Assembly (NCBI GenBank): GCA_902793375.1
Contig: CADBDE010000001.1
Coordinates: 157,807-221,806 of the forward strand
Direction of reading: 5' to 3'
Source: an uncultured Erysipelotrichaceae bacterium
GTDB lineage: Bacteria; Bacillota_I; Bacilli_A; RF39; UBA660
Length of the DNA: 64,000 nt
The translations under genes and the position numbers were made by a program. This document shows, piece by piece, positions 50,892 through 60,383 of this stretch (position 1 is the stretch's first letter; each line of letters opens with the position of its first letter). Under the pieces are notes generated by a model. It saw only the letters and a program-made list of their open reading frames with translations. It ran no database searches and had not been told where the DNA came from.

Positions 50892-51647
50892 ATGAAGGCA
50901 TTAATAACTGGTGCATCAAGTGGTATTGGTTATAGCATGGCTAAATATTTAAGCAACTTAGGATATGATTTAATACTTGTTGCACGTGATAAAGAAAAAC
51001 TACAAATAATACAAAAAGAATTAAAAACAGATGTAAAAATAGTAGTAGCTGATCTTTCTCAAGAATCAAAGATAAAAGAATTATATGTGTTATGTAAAAA
51101 TGATAATATAGATATTCTTATAAATAATGCAGGATTTGGGTTATTTGGAGAATTTGATTCAACAGATTTATCAAATGAATTAAATATGATTGATGTAAAT
51201 ATAAGAGCTGTACATGTACTAACAAAATTGTTTTTAAAAGATATGATTAAGAAAGATTCAGGATATATCTTAAATGTATCTTCAAGTGCAAGTTTTCAAG
51301 CAGGGCCTCTTATGGCAACTTATTACGCTTCGAAGTCTTATGTTACAAGACTTACTGTTGCAATATATGAAGAATTAAGAAGAAAAAAATCAAAAGTCCA
51401 TATTTCATGTTTATGTCCTGGGCCTGTAAAAACTAATTTTAATAATGTTGCAGATGTTCAATTTTCAATGAAAGGAATGGATGCTGATTACGTAGCTAAA
51501 TATGCAATTGATAAAATGTTAAAAAAGAATAAATTAATAATTGTTCCAGGATTCAAGATGAAAACATTAATATTTTTTAACAGATTTATTTCAACTAAAA
51601 GAGCTGCAAAAATAGTATATAAATTTCAAAAGAGAAAAAGAAAATAA
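50892..51647 (+). CDS. Short-chain dehydrogenase/reductase (SDR) family oxidoreductase
   Basis: TGASSGIG cofactor motif; active-site S...YYASKSY (YxxxK); NNAG. Confidence 0.85.
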   Translation: MKALITGASSGIGYSMAKYLSNLGYDLILVARDKEKLQIIQKELKTDVKIVVADLSQESKIKELYVLCKNDNIDILINNAGFGLFGEFDSTDLSNELNMIDVNIRAVHVLTKLFLKDMIKKDSGYILNVSSSASFQAGPLMATYYASKSYVTRLTVAIYEELRRKKSKVHISCLCPGPVKTNFNNVADVQFSMKGMDADYVAKYAIDKMLKKNKLIIVPGFKMKTLIFFNRFISTKRAAKIVYKFQKRKRK

Positions 51648-51675
51648 AACTTAATATAGTATATTAAGTTTTTTA
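51648..51675 (+). terminator. Rho-independent terminator after the SDR gene
   Basis: aacttaatat-agt-atattaagtt followed by tttt. Confidence 0.65.
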
Positions 51676-51706
51676 ATTATGATAGTATTTATTTAGGGGA
51701 TCTAAT

Positions 51707-52192
51707 ATGGAAAATAAAGTATATTATAAAATTGTTAATAAAAATAAATTTAATAATTTGAATGAAACAGAATTAGCTCGTTTAAAATTAAGAGAAATGA
51801 TGGAAGCTATTGGATTAGAATTTGATGAACTAGAATATTCAAAAAATGGAAAACCATATTTTAAAAATAAAAAATATTTCTTTAATTATTCTCATTCAAA
51901 AAATTATATTTTAATTGGTATTTCCAAAACTGAGATAGGTGTTGATATAGAAGAAGAAAGGAATATCTCAGATAATATTTCAAAAAAATATTTAAATGAT
52001 GTAGATAAAAAGAATAGATTAAAGTACTGGGTAATAAAAGAGTCTTATGTTAAACTAATAGATAAACCAGAATTGTTATATGAAGATATAAATATTGCTA
52101 ATTTAAAATATAATAATAAAATAATTATTAATAGTAATTATATTGCATCAATAATGTATGATGGTAATGAAAGAGAATTGGTTGAATTATAG
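51707..52192 (+). CDS. 4'-phosphopantetheinyl transferase superfamily protein (short, 161 aa)
   Basis: Motifs FNYSHSKNYILIGISKTEIGVDIEE and WVIKESYVK (the W-x-x-KE-A-x-x-K PPTase motif). Confidence 0.6.
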   Translation: MENKVYYKIVNKNKFNNLNETELARLKLREMMEAIGLEFDELEYSKNGKPYFKNKKYFFNYSHSKNYILIGISKTEIGVDIEEERNISDNISKKYLNDVDKKNRLKYWVIKESYVKLIDKPELLYEDINIANLKYNNKIIINSNYIASIMYDGNERELVEL

Positions 52193-52281
52193 TCTACTAA
52201 TTCTCTTTATTATTTAGAAAAATTCTCTTTTTCTTTTTATTAAAATCGTTTATAATAATAAGCATTATTGGTGGTGGGATT

Positions 52282-53091
52282 ATGGTTATTATGAATGTAG
52301 AAAATATTTCTTTCGAAATAGATAACAATCGAATTTTTGATAACTTAAGTTTTTCTATTGAAAGCGGAACTATTAATGCCTTTATATCTTCAAATAATAG
52401 TTGTAAGACAACATTAATTAAAGTATTAAGCGGTGTTATATACAATAATTGTGGAAAAATATGTGTCAATAATATTACTTTAAATAATCGTAATTTTAAA
52501 AAATATACAATTAATATTTCAACGATTTTATCTGACTTAGATAATCAATTTATGTGTGATAAAGTAGAAGATGAGATTAAGTATATTCTCAAAAACTTAA
52601 AATATACGAAAAAAGATTCTGAAAAGAATTATTGTTATGTAGTTAACTTATTAAAAATTGAAAATCTTGTTGATAAAAAAACATGTGAACTAAGCGTTAT
52701 AGAAAAAATTAAAGTTTTGCTTGCTTCATCAATAATTCATAAACCAAAAATACTATTAATTGATGATTTGTTAAGATTTTTAAATAGTAATGAAAGAAAA
52801 GAAGTTTTAGAACTATTTAATGTAATAGTTAATAATTTAAATACCTCTATTATATTTACTACAAGTAATTTACTAGATGTTATTAATCTTTCAAATATTT
52901 ATGTTTTAAAAGATGGAAAAATAATTATGAACAATTCTTATGAAAATATAATATTAAATGATAACGATTTATCTAAAGCTGGAATAGAAATTCCATTAAT
53001 GATTGATTTATCTAGAAAACTTGAATTTTATGGATTGGTAAATAAGATTTACTATGATAGAGATGAGGTGATAAATGTACTATGGAAATAA
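52282..53091 (+). CDS. ECF-transporter EcfA1-like ATPase homolog with degenerate catalytic motifs (putative pseudo-ATPase)
   Basis: EcfA-like fold and C-terminal helical region (AGIEIPLMIDLSRKLEFYGL), but Walker A is SSNNSCKTT, the signature is LSVIEKIKV, Walker B is ILLIDDLL (no catalytic Glu), and the H-loop His is absent; occupies the conserved position upstream of truA. Confidence 0.6.
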   Translation: MVIMNVENISFEIDNNRIFDNLSFSIESGTINAFISSNNSCKTTLIKVLSGVIYNNCGKICVNNITLNNRNFKKYTINISTILSDLDNQFMCDKVEDEIKYILKNLKYTKKDSEKNYCYVVNLLKIENLVDKKTCELSVIEKIKVLLASSIIHKPKILLIDDLLRFLNSNERKEVLELFNVIVNNLNTSIIFTTSNLLDVINLSNIYVLKDGKIIMNNSYENIILNDNDLSKAGIEIPLMIDLSRKLEFYGLVNKIYYDRDEVINVLWK

Positions 53092-53747
53092 GAATAAATA
53101 ACAAAAAGTTGGATATTAATAACTCTATTATATCTATTCAATATGATGATGAAAAAATAATAAATAAGTTAATTGATGATTATAATTTAGTTGTAATTAA
53201 CAATAATGATTTGTTTTTTCTTGGTGATACTGTATTAGATGAAATAAGTTTATATAATAGTTATCCAGAATTAGACATTGTAAATAATATAATGAATATA
53301 TTAGATTTAAATAGTACTTTTTTAGATAAAAAAATAGTTAATTTGTCTACTACAGAAAAGATTTACTTAAATCTATTAAGAAATATTTCTAAAATAAAAG
53401 ATATAGTATTATTTAATAATATATTTTTAGGACTTGATTTAAATAATCAAAAAAAATATATAAAAATAATTAATTATTTAAAAGAAAATTATAAAGTATT
53501 AGTAACTAGTAATGATGTAAATGTATTATACAAAATAGCAGATTATTCTATTATTACTTCAAAAAGGACTGTAAGATTTGATGATACTGATAAAATATAT
53601 TCAAATGTAAAAGAATTAATTAAAATGAACTTAGAGATTCCGGATCTTTCTTATATAACTTATAAAGCCAAAGAAGAAAAAAATATTAAATTATTCTATA
53701 GCAAAGATGTAAGAGACATAATAAAGGATATATATAAACATGTATAA
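53082..53747 (+). CDS. ECF-transporter EcfA2-like homolog, highly degenerate, with no Walker A
   Basis: 221 aa; only a remnant signature/Walker B region (LSTTEKIYLNLLRN...IVLFNNIFLGLD); overlaps the upstream gene by 10 nt in the ecfA' position. Confidence 0.45.
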   Translation: MEIRINNKKLDINNSIISIQYDDEKIINKLIDDYNLVVINNNDLFFLGDTVLDEISLYNSYPELDIVNNIMNILDLNSTFLDKKIVNLSTTEKIYLNLLRNISKIKDIVLFNNIFLGLDLNNQKKYIKIINYLKENYKVLVTSNDVNVLYKIADYSIITSKRTVRFDDTDKIYSNVKELIKMNLEIPDLSYITYKAKEEKNIKLFYSKDVRDIIKDIYKHV

Positions 53748-54303
53748 AATGAGTATATTATTAAAAATCATTATTACTATGCTAACTGTTATAGCAGTTA
53801 TAATAGTAGATAATAGAATTATTCTTTGGTTATTATTATTTGTATTATCTTTTTATCATTTAAGAAAGTTTAGAATAGCATTACTAGTAATAGATTTAGC
53901 GTTAGTGTTATTACTTGGATTATCTGTCAATGACTATAATTATTTATTAATTTTTAAAATAATTTATATAATTAATTGTTTAATTACTTTCTATTCTTGT
54001 TTGACAATTAAAGATAAAAAATTATTATTTAAGAAAAAAAGTACATCAAAAATGATGTATTATGAAAATAATTTTGATAGAATTAATAGTAGAATAAATA
54101 TAAGAAAAAAAGAAATATACAATAGTAATGTATCTATTAATAATAAAATAGAGCAAGATTTAGAAAGTAATTATTTATTTGCAAGAATGAAATATTATGA
54201 TTATTTTTCAAAAAAGAGTAGTTTTATTTCTTGGAATAAAATAGATACATTGATTTTACTTTTTACTATAACTATTTTTATATTATTTATTGTTTTGAGG
54301 TAA
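53740..54303 (+). CDS. Small polytopic membrane protein in the EcfT position (possible truncated or degenerate EcfT)
   Basis: 187 aa with ~4 TM helices; overlaps the upstream ORF by 8 nt; directly precedes truA as ecfT does in Firmicutes. Confidence 0.4.
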   Translation: MYKMSILLKIIITMLTVIAVIIVDNRIILWLLLFVLSFYHLRKFRIALLVIDLALVLLLGLSVNDYNYLLIFKIIYIINCLITFYSCLTIKDKKLLFKKKSTSKMMYYENNFDRINSRINIRKKEIYNSNVSINNKIEQDLESNYLFARMKYYDYFSKKSSFISWNKIDTLILLFTITIFILFIVLR

Positions 54304-54307
54304 TATT

Positions 54308-55045
54308 ATGAGATATTTAATTAGATTTTCATATGATGGGACAAATTTTAATGGATTTCAAAAACAACCTGGGTGTAGATGTGTAGAAAGTGAACTTGAG
54401 AAAGCATTATTTGATATAAATAATCATAAAAAAACAAAAGTTGTTGGATCAGGAAGGACAGATAGAGGAGTTCATGCGCTTGATCAGTGTGCTCACTTTG
54501 ATATAGACATAGATATTACTCTTTACAAACTAAAATGTGCATTAAATAGTTTGCTTCCAGAAGATATTCATGTTTTTAGTGTTGAACAAGTAAGTGATAG
54601 CTTTCATGCCAGGTTTAATGCAAAAAAGAAAACATATAAATATATTATTAATTGTGGAGAATATAATCCAATTGAAAGAAATTATGTGTATCAATATTGT
54701 AAAAAATTAGATGTTGATAAAATGAAAAAAGAAATTAAATCGTTTATTGGAGTTCATAACTTTAAATCTTTTGTATCTGAAGAAACAAAAAAAGAAAATT
54801 ATGAAAGAGAAATATTCGATGCACATATTGAAGAAGAAAATGATAAAGTAATTTTCTATTTTACTGGAAATGGTTTTATGAAATATCAAGTAAGAAATAT
54901 GGTTGGAACGTTATTTAAAATAGGTAAAGGAAAACTTGATCTTGGTATTGTTAATGAAATATTTAATGATGAAAAATTAGCTAAGAATATAACAACAATT
55001 AAAAGAGAAGGGTTATATCTAGAAAAAATAGAATATAATAATTAG
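54308..55045 (+). CDS. truA: tRNA pseudouridine(38-40) synthase TruA
   Basis: Catalytic motif GSGRTDRGVHA; 245 aa; conserved position after the ECF module. Confidence 0.9.
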   Translation: MRYLIRFSYDGTNFNGFQKQPGCRCVESELEKALFDINNHKKTKVVGSGRTDRGVHALDQCAHFDIDIDITLYKLKCALNSLLPEDIHVFSVEQVSDSFHARFNAKKKTYKYIINCGEYNPIERNYVYQYCKKLDVDKMKKEIKSFIGVHNFKSFVSEETKKENYEREIFDAHIEEENDKVIFYFTGNGFMKYQVRNMVGTLFKIGKGKLDLGIVNEIFNDEKLAKNITTIKREGLYLEKIEYNN

Positions 55046-55062
55046 GAATTTGGAGTGATACA

Positions 55063-55695
55063 ATGAGTGAATATATAAATCATAGTACATTTTATGGAAT
55101 AGGTCATGATGAATATAATTTCGCAATAGATATTATGAATGATTCAAGTGATTTATTGGATTTAATAAAACAATCGAAAGACTGTGAAGAAGGAATAGAA
55201 AATGGAGCAGTTCTACTAATTACTGAAAAACAATATATAATGGCATATAATAGAGGAATGGGACGAGGACCACATGATGCTACTTTAGCAAGAGTATTTG
55301 CTGACATAACTGATAATAAAGAACTTGGATTTGCTACAATTATGAAATACTGTCATAAAGCTGAAGCTGCTGTATTACACGCTAGAATATATTCAGAAAA
55401 AGAAACAAAAATGTCTAAAATAAGTAATATAATATCTTTTTCATTTAATAGAGAAAGAAGAATATCACAGGAAGAATTTAATTCATTTATGGAATTTTAT
55501 AATGAATATGCTTGGGTTATAAAAAGAGAAGGATTTAAAGTGTCTTTGATGGGAAAAACAATGACCATTGATGATGTAAAATTCTTTTTAGAAAGTATGA
55601 TAGATAAAGATTTTCATATGCTACCTTTATTTGATGGAGAAGAAACAATAATAGGCGTTGAAACAAATAAAACTGATAATAAAATAATAAGATAG
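55063..55695 (+). CDS. hypothetical protein, tandem paralog A
   Basis: 210 aa; shares GAVLLITEKQYIMAYNRG, EEFNSFMEFYNEY and LFDGEETIIGVE blocks with the next ORF. Confidence 0.55.
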   Translation: MSEYINHSTFYGIGHDEYNFAIDIMNDSSDLLDLIKQSKDCEEGIENGAVLLITEKQYIMAYNRGMGRGPHDATLARVFADITDNKELGFATIMKYCHKAEAAVLHARIYSEKETKMSKISNIISFSFNRERRISQEEFNSFMEFYNEYAWVIKREGFKVSLMGKTMTIDDVKFFLESMIDKDFHMLPLFDGEETIIGVETNKTDNKIIR

Positions 55696-55706
55696 ATGGT
55701 GATTAT

Positions 55707-56381
55707 ATGGGCTTTTTTAAAGTAAAAAATATTTCATTAGATAGTTATCAAACTAATAATTTAGTTAAATCATCATTTGGATCAAAAAGTGAAAATCATA
55801 TTGAAGATAATCTAATTAATAATCATCTTGAATTTGCTAGATGTTATCAAGAAGCTTTGAAAAAAGATGAATTTGGAGCATTTTTAATAATTACTGGGAA
55901 TCAATATATTTTTGCTAAATGTTATGATGATGGAGAACAAGGACATTTGATATCTATTACAAAAGCATTTTTAGAAATTGAAGGAAAAAATAGTGATATA
56001 TCAGTATTAGAAGCATCTAAAATTTATAATAATTATCAAAAAAAATTTTTAATATTTGACTTTGAAATTAAAAAGGATGAATTAACTAGAAAAAGAGATA
56101 AATATATAAGAACAAATTTAAATCAATTTATTTCACCTGAAGAGTATCAATTATTTAGAAGATTTTTTGATGAATATAACGAAGTAATAAGTAGATGTGA
56201 TTTTGATTATAGTATATGGGATAATTATTCGGGCAAAATGTTATCAATAAAAACCATATATCAACTTAATAATTTCTTAAATAATATAGTAAATGAGAAT
56301 ATTAAACCAAATATTCTAGAAAATGGTGAAAAAATAATAGGAATACCATTAAAAATTGAAGAAACTAACAAAAAGTTGTAA
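55707..56381 (+). CDS. hypothetical protein, tandem paralog B
   Basis: 224 aa with matching blocks GAFLIITGNQYIFAKCYDDG, EEYQLFRRFFDEYNEV and LENGEKIIGIPL. Confidence 0.55.
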   Translation: MGFFKVKNISLDSYQTNNLVKSSFGSKSENHIEDNLINNHLEFARCYQEALKKDEFGAFLIITGNQYIFAKCYDDGEQGHLISITKAFLEIEGKNSDISVLEASKIYNNYQKKFLIFDFEIKKDELTRKRDKYIRTNLNQFISPEEYQLFRRFFDEYNEVISRCDFDYSIWDNYSGKMLSIKTIYQLNNFLNNIVNENIKPNILENGEKIIGIPLKIEETNKKL

Positions 56382-56416
56382 ATCTTTCAAAAATAGGCTA
56401 ATTTACAACTTTTTTA
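56374..56416 (+). terminator. Rho-independent terminator (agttgtaaat ... atttacaact + T-run) overlapping the stop of paralog B
   Basis: 10-bp inverted repeat with a ~17 nt loop followed by ttttt. Confidence 0.55.
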
Positions 56417-56417
56417 A

Positions 56418-56522
56418 TTGACATTTTAGCACTTTTCTACTATAATTTATATCGGTACATTTAAATCCCCACATAAGTTTGGTCCTGGGAAAACTAAACT
56501 TAAGTAAAAGGAGAAAAAAATT
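56418..56522 (+). promoter_or_regulatory. Consensus sigma-A promoter (TTGACA, 17 nt spacer, TATAAT) plus a ~75 nt leader upstream of rplM (L13-leader-like)
   Basis: ttgacattttagcacttttctactataat; the leader contains a ccca...tggg hairpin (atccccacataagtttggtcctggg) before AAAGGAG. Confidence 0.55.
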
Positions 56523-56954
56523 ATGAATAGTTATATGCAAAAAAAAGAAACAGTTGAACGTAAATGGTATGTTATTGATGCTGAAGATGCTACTTTAGGA
56601 AGAATTGCTTCAAAAGCAGCTCATATGCTTCGTGGAAAACATAAACCAACTTACACACCACATATTGATTGTGGAGATTATATTATCATTGTTAATGCTG
56701 ATAAAGCTAAATTAACTGGTAATAAATTAGAAGATAAGAAATATTATAACCACTCAATGTATACTGGAGGATTAAGAGTAAGAACTGCTAAAGTTATGAA
56801 AGAACAATACCCAGTAGAAATGGTTGAAAGAGCAGTAGTAGGAATGCTTCCTCATACTAGACTTGGAAGACAAATGGCTAAGAAGTTATTTGTATACACT
56901 GGTAGTGAACATCCACATACAGCACAAAAACCTGAGAAAGTGGAAATGAAGTAG
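56523..56954 (+). CDS. rplM: 50S ribosomal protein L13
   Basis: Homology; conserved truA-rplM-rpsI neighbourhood. Confidence 0.95.
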   Translation: MNSYMQKKETVERKWYVIDAEDATLGRIASKAAHMLRGKHKPTYTPHIDCGDYIIIVNADKAKLTGNKLEDKKYYNHSMYTGGLRVRTAKVMKEQYPVEMVERAVVGMLPHTRLGRQMAKKLFVYTGSEHPHTAQKPEKVEMK

Positions 56955-56963
56955 GAGGGTATT

Positions 56964-57395
56964 ATGGCTAAAGCAAAAAAAACAGAAAACATTTATTATG
57001 GAACTGGAAAAAGAAAAGCAAGTATTGCTAAAGTTAGATTAACTTCTGGATCTGGAAAGATTACAGTAAATGGTAGAGATGTACACGAATATTTACCTTA
57101 TGAAACTTTAATAATGAATTTATCACAACCACTTGAATTAACTAATACAAAAGATATGTTTGATATCGATGTAGAAGTTAAAGGTGGAGGATTCTCTGGA
57201 CAAACTGGAGCAATTCGTTTAGGAATTACAAGAGCATTACTTGAGTATGATTCAACTACTCCTGCTGATAGTGAGAATAGTTATAGAAAATTACTTAAAG
57301 CAGCTGGATTCATTACAAGAGATTCAAGAATTAAAGAACGTAAGAAACCAGGTTTAAAGAAAGCAAGACGTGCACCACAATTCTCAAAGAGATAG
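56964..57395 (+). CDS. rpsI: 30S ribosomal protein S9
   Basis: Homology, ending ...[10 protein letters not shown]. Confidence 0.95.
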   Translation: MAKAKKTENIYYGTGKRKASIAKVRLTSGSGKITVNGRDVHEYLPYETLIMNLSQPLELTNTKDMFDIDVEVKGGGFSGQTGAIRLGITRALLEYDSTTPADSENSYRKLLKAAGFITRDSRIKERKKPGLKKARRAPQFSKR

Positions 57396-57404
57396 TATGG
57401 TATC

Positions 57405-57430
57405 AAAAAGCTCATTATTGGGCTTTTTTA
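57405..57430 (+). terminator. Rho-independent terminator after rpsI (weak A/T-rich stem aaaagc/gctttt)
   Basis: aaaaagctcattattgggctttttta. Confidence 0.45.
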
Positions 57431-57555
57431 TATGATTAAAAATAGAATAAAATTTATATGAAAGTATTTTTTATAATTAATATTTTTGTAAAAAAATGAA
57501 AATACATTATTTTTGATAATTTTATGCTATAATATATACCAAAGGGAGTTTTAGT

Positions 57556-58110
57556 ATGAATAATATTATAAACAATTATCCAATTAAATATGCTGTATTG
57601 GAAGTACAAGAAAAAGGTGGATGGGCAGTAGGATACGAAGATGTTACTAAAGGCTTTATAGCATCAAAATGTTTTGTTGTAGAAACAAAAGTTGTATATG
57701 GAAAAGATGGAAAAAGTAAAGTAATAAATAAAGTAGTATTTCCATATGAAGATTATTCTTTTTTTGAACATTCACTTTCTAGAGGAATTAAAAATTTAGG
57801 TATAATGAATAGTATAAACTATGATGCTAATAATAATCCATATCCATCCCATATAGTAAATGAGTTATATGAGACATTTGATGAAGCAAAAGAAAAAGCA
57901 AATAAATGTAATGAAGACTATAAAGTTAATTTAATAAATAGAGTATCATTTTCTGAACCAAGTTGGCAATATCAATATGAATTATTAAAGAATGACTTTG
58001 ATAAAACATCATCTTTATGTAATTTGTTTGAACAATTAATAGAATCTAAAACAAGATTATTAGAAATTAGTAAAGAAGAAAAAGGATTTATTAAAATATT
58101 AAAACCTTAG
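57556..58110 (+). CDS. hypothetical protein (184 aa)
   Basis: ORF with an AGGGAG RBS; no recognisable domain. Confidence 0.5.
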   Translation: MNNIINNYPIKYAVLEVQEKGGWAVGYEDVTKGFIASKCFVVETKVVYGKDGKSKVINKVVFPYEDYSFFEHSLSRGIKNLGIMNSINYDANNNPYPSHIVNELYETFDEAKEKANKCNEDYKVNLINRVSFSEPSWQYQYELLKNDFDKTSSLCNLFEQLIESKTRLLEISKEEKGFIKILKP

Positions 58111-58139
58111 AATTAAATAATATTTTAGGAGATATTACC

Positions 58140-58769
58140 ATGGAAATACAAAAAGTAAAAAATAGTGAAAAAACATATGATTTGTGGTTAAAAAACAACA
58201 ACAAAGAATTAAAGATAATGTTTGGTGGAAATCTTGATTTATATTTATCATTAAGTAATGGAGATTTTGTTTCAGAAAATAAAAATACGTGTATAGATTT
58301 TGATATTACAAAAGAAAACTATCAAATCTATAGTGCCTTTGATGAAATGTATAATAATATAATAAATGGAACACCTTTTGGAAAAAAAACTGACTATGAT
58401 AAAATGAATTCATTTATTGATAGATTTGAATATCATAAATTGGTAGATAAGAATAAAGATATTATTTGGGTTTCAGATGATGGACCAGAAGAAGTTGAAG
58501 ATAGATTTAAGTTTTCTAAAATAGATGAAGATACATATAGATTGTTTTTTTATAGAAATGATAAAGAACCAGAAATAGGATTCAAGAGTAATACAAGTAT
58601 TGTTGTTAGAGTAAGAAATTCTGGATCAAGATATGGATATTTTAATTGTCCATTTATGATAATGTTTAATAAACTTCAAGAATTGGATCCTGTATATCAT
58701 CAAATTCATTTTGAAGAAATTGCATATCAAAAAAAATTAGAGAAAAAAAGAAACTCAACATTTTGTTGA
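58140..58769 (+). CDS. hypothetical protein (209 aa)
   Basis: ORF with an AGGAGA RBS; no recognisable domain; hairpin terminator overlaps its stop. Confidence 0.5.
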   Translation: MEIQKVKNSEKTYDLWLKNNNKELKIMFGGNLDLYLSLSNGDFVSENKNTCIDFDITKENYQIYSAFDEMYNNIINGTPFGKKTDYDKMNSFIDRFEYHKLVDKNKDIIWVSDDGPEEVEDRFKFSKIDEDTYRLFFYRNDKEPEIGFKSNTSIVVRVRNSGSRYGYFNCPFMIMFNKLQELDPVYHQIHFEEIAYQKKLEKKRNSTFC

Positions 58770-58777
58770 GTTTTTTC
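58753..58777 (+). terminator. Rho-independent terminator (actcaaca-tttt-gttgagt + T-run)
   Basis: aaactcaacattttgttgagtttttt. Confidence 0.7.
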
Positions 58778-58841
58778 AACATTGAGTTTATAGATTTTAT
58801 ATATAAGTAATATTATAATTAATTATATGAAAGGAGTAATT

Positions 58842-59537
58842 ATGAAAAAATCAAATTTAATAGTATTAGTAATATCTCTTTTAATAGGTGGAGTAATAGG
58901 ATATAACCTTGTAAAAAGGGACTGTAATGAATTAGAACCTCTTCCAAAACAAGAGAAGTCTGAAGGATTAAGAGGAGTATACGATATTGATAAAAATATT
59001 AATGAAAAGACAATAGACAAGTATTTAGGAAGAAGCGACGTTGCTTATCGTGATGTTAGAATGCTTGAAGATACTGCAACATGGGAAAATAAAGGCGGAG
59101 AAAGGGATTTAACTGGCTTTGTTGAAGGATTTGAAGTAATTCCATATGCTTATTTAACAGAATTTCCACAAGCTTATGTTGATCAAAAAAAGGATGAAAA
59201 TGTAACTGGTTTATATGAAGGAAAAACATTATTTAGACTTGATGAAAAAGGAAACTATGTAGCAAATTATAAAGAATCAATGAGTATATTAGAATATATA
59301 TTTCCAAAAGATAAAACAATTTTTTTAATGTGTGGAGCAGGAGGGTATGCAAATTTTACAAAACAAATGTTAGGTGCTCTAGGTTGGGATACTAATAAAA
59401 TATATAATGTTGGTGGTTTTTGGAACTATGAAGGTAAAAAAGCTATAAGTACAAAAGTAGAAGGAAAAGAAAAATGCGACTTTTCTAAAGTTCCTTATCA
59501 TAATATTGATTTTGAACGATTAACGCCAGTTGAATAA
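58842..59537 (+). CDS. Membrane-anchored protein with a possible rhodanese-like domain
   Basis: N-terminal TM helix (LIVLVISLLIGGVIGYNL); rhodanese-like stretches (DVRMLED...GFVEGFEVIPYAYL; active-site-like FLMCGAGGYAN); AAAGGAG RBS. Confidence 0.45.
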   Translation: MKKSNLIVLVISLLIGGVIGYNLVKRDCNELEPLPKQEKSEGLRGVYDIDKNINEKTIDKYLGRSDVAYRDVRMLEDTATWENKGGERDLTGFVEGFEVIPYAYLTEFPQAYVDQKKDENVTGLYEGKTLFRLDEKGNYVANYKESMSILEYIFPKDKTIFLMCGAGGYANFTKQMLGALGWDTNKIYNVGGFWNYEGKKAISTKVEGKEKCDFSKVPYHNIDFERLTPVE

Positions 59538-59590
59538 AAGAGATTTTTCTCTTTTTTTTTATTATGTTATAATATTTTTTGGAGGGTTTT

Positions 59591-60343
59591 ATGGATAATA
59601 AAAAAAATGAAGTAATTGGACAAAGTAGACATCAATTTATTTATGGTTATGATGGAGAACAAAGAACTAATTTTTTAAAAGAGATTGAAGAAGAAAATCC
59701 AATAGTTATAAATGGCAATAATCCAATGGCAGTATATATTTCTGATTATGGACTTCCACCAATAGAATATGATAAAAAGAAAGTTGATACTGGATTAGTA
59801 ACTATAGTAAGCACAGAATACTTTGCTTTTTCAGCATTATCTCGTATTATAGAAACTTATTCTGAAAATGTTAAAAATAGTGAAAAAAATTCGACTATAC
59901 TAGAGTTAATGAATAATTGTTATTGCTTAAATTTAAGTGGAATAGATGATTTAAAAAAAGTATTTAATGATTCTAAAACATTTTATAAAAATTACTATAC
60001 TGATTATTTAAAAAATGGAGATACATCTTATTCTATAAATGATATTAAATTACCATTTGTTGATTTATTAATGTATTTATCTCAATTTAAGAAAGTAATT
60101 AATAATGAATCTTATTTTGCATTTTTAATAGATAATAATAAAGAAATATCAATTCCTTCTACAAAAGCAATTAATTTATATGTAGGTGGAAGAATAAATG
60201 ATACAATTTCTATGAAAATTGCAACTGATCCAAATAAATGGAAATCATATTTGGATTGTAATGGACAATATATTCAATCTTGTCATGATTATGGTGATGT
60301 ACAAATAGATGATTCGTTAAAAAAAGTGTTAAAAAGATGGTAG
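59591..60343 (+). CDS. hypothetical protein (~250 aa)
   Basis: ATG at 59591 follows a GGAGGG RBS (the track starts at a TTG at 59579); no recognisable domain. Confidence 0.5.
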   Translation: MDNKKNEVIGQSRHQFIYGYDGEQRTNFLKEIEEENPIVINGNNPMAVYISDYGLPPIEYDKKKVDTGLVTIVSTEYFAFSALSRIIETYSENVKNSEKNSTILELMNNCYCLNLSGIDDLKKVFNDSKTFYKNYYTDYLKNGDTSYSINDIKLPFVDLLMYLSQFKKVINNESYFAFLIDNNKEISIPSTKAINLYVGGRINDTISMKIATDPNKWKSYLDCNGQYIQSCHDYGDVQIDDSLKKVLKRW

Positions 60344-60383
60344 TATATAGTATAATTAAAATATAATTATAAGGAGGTGTAGA

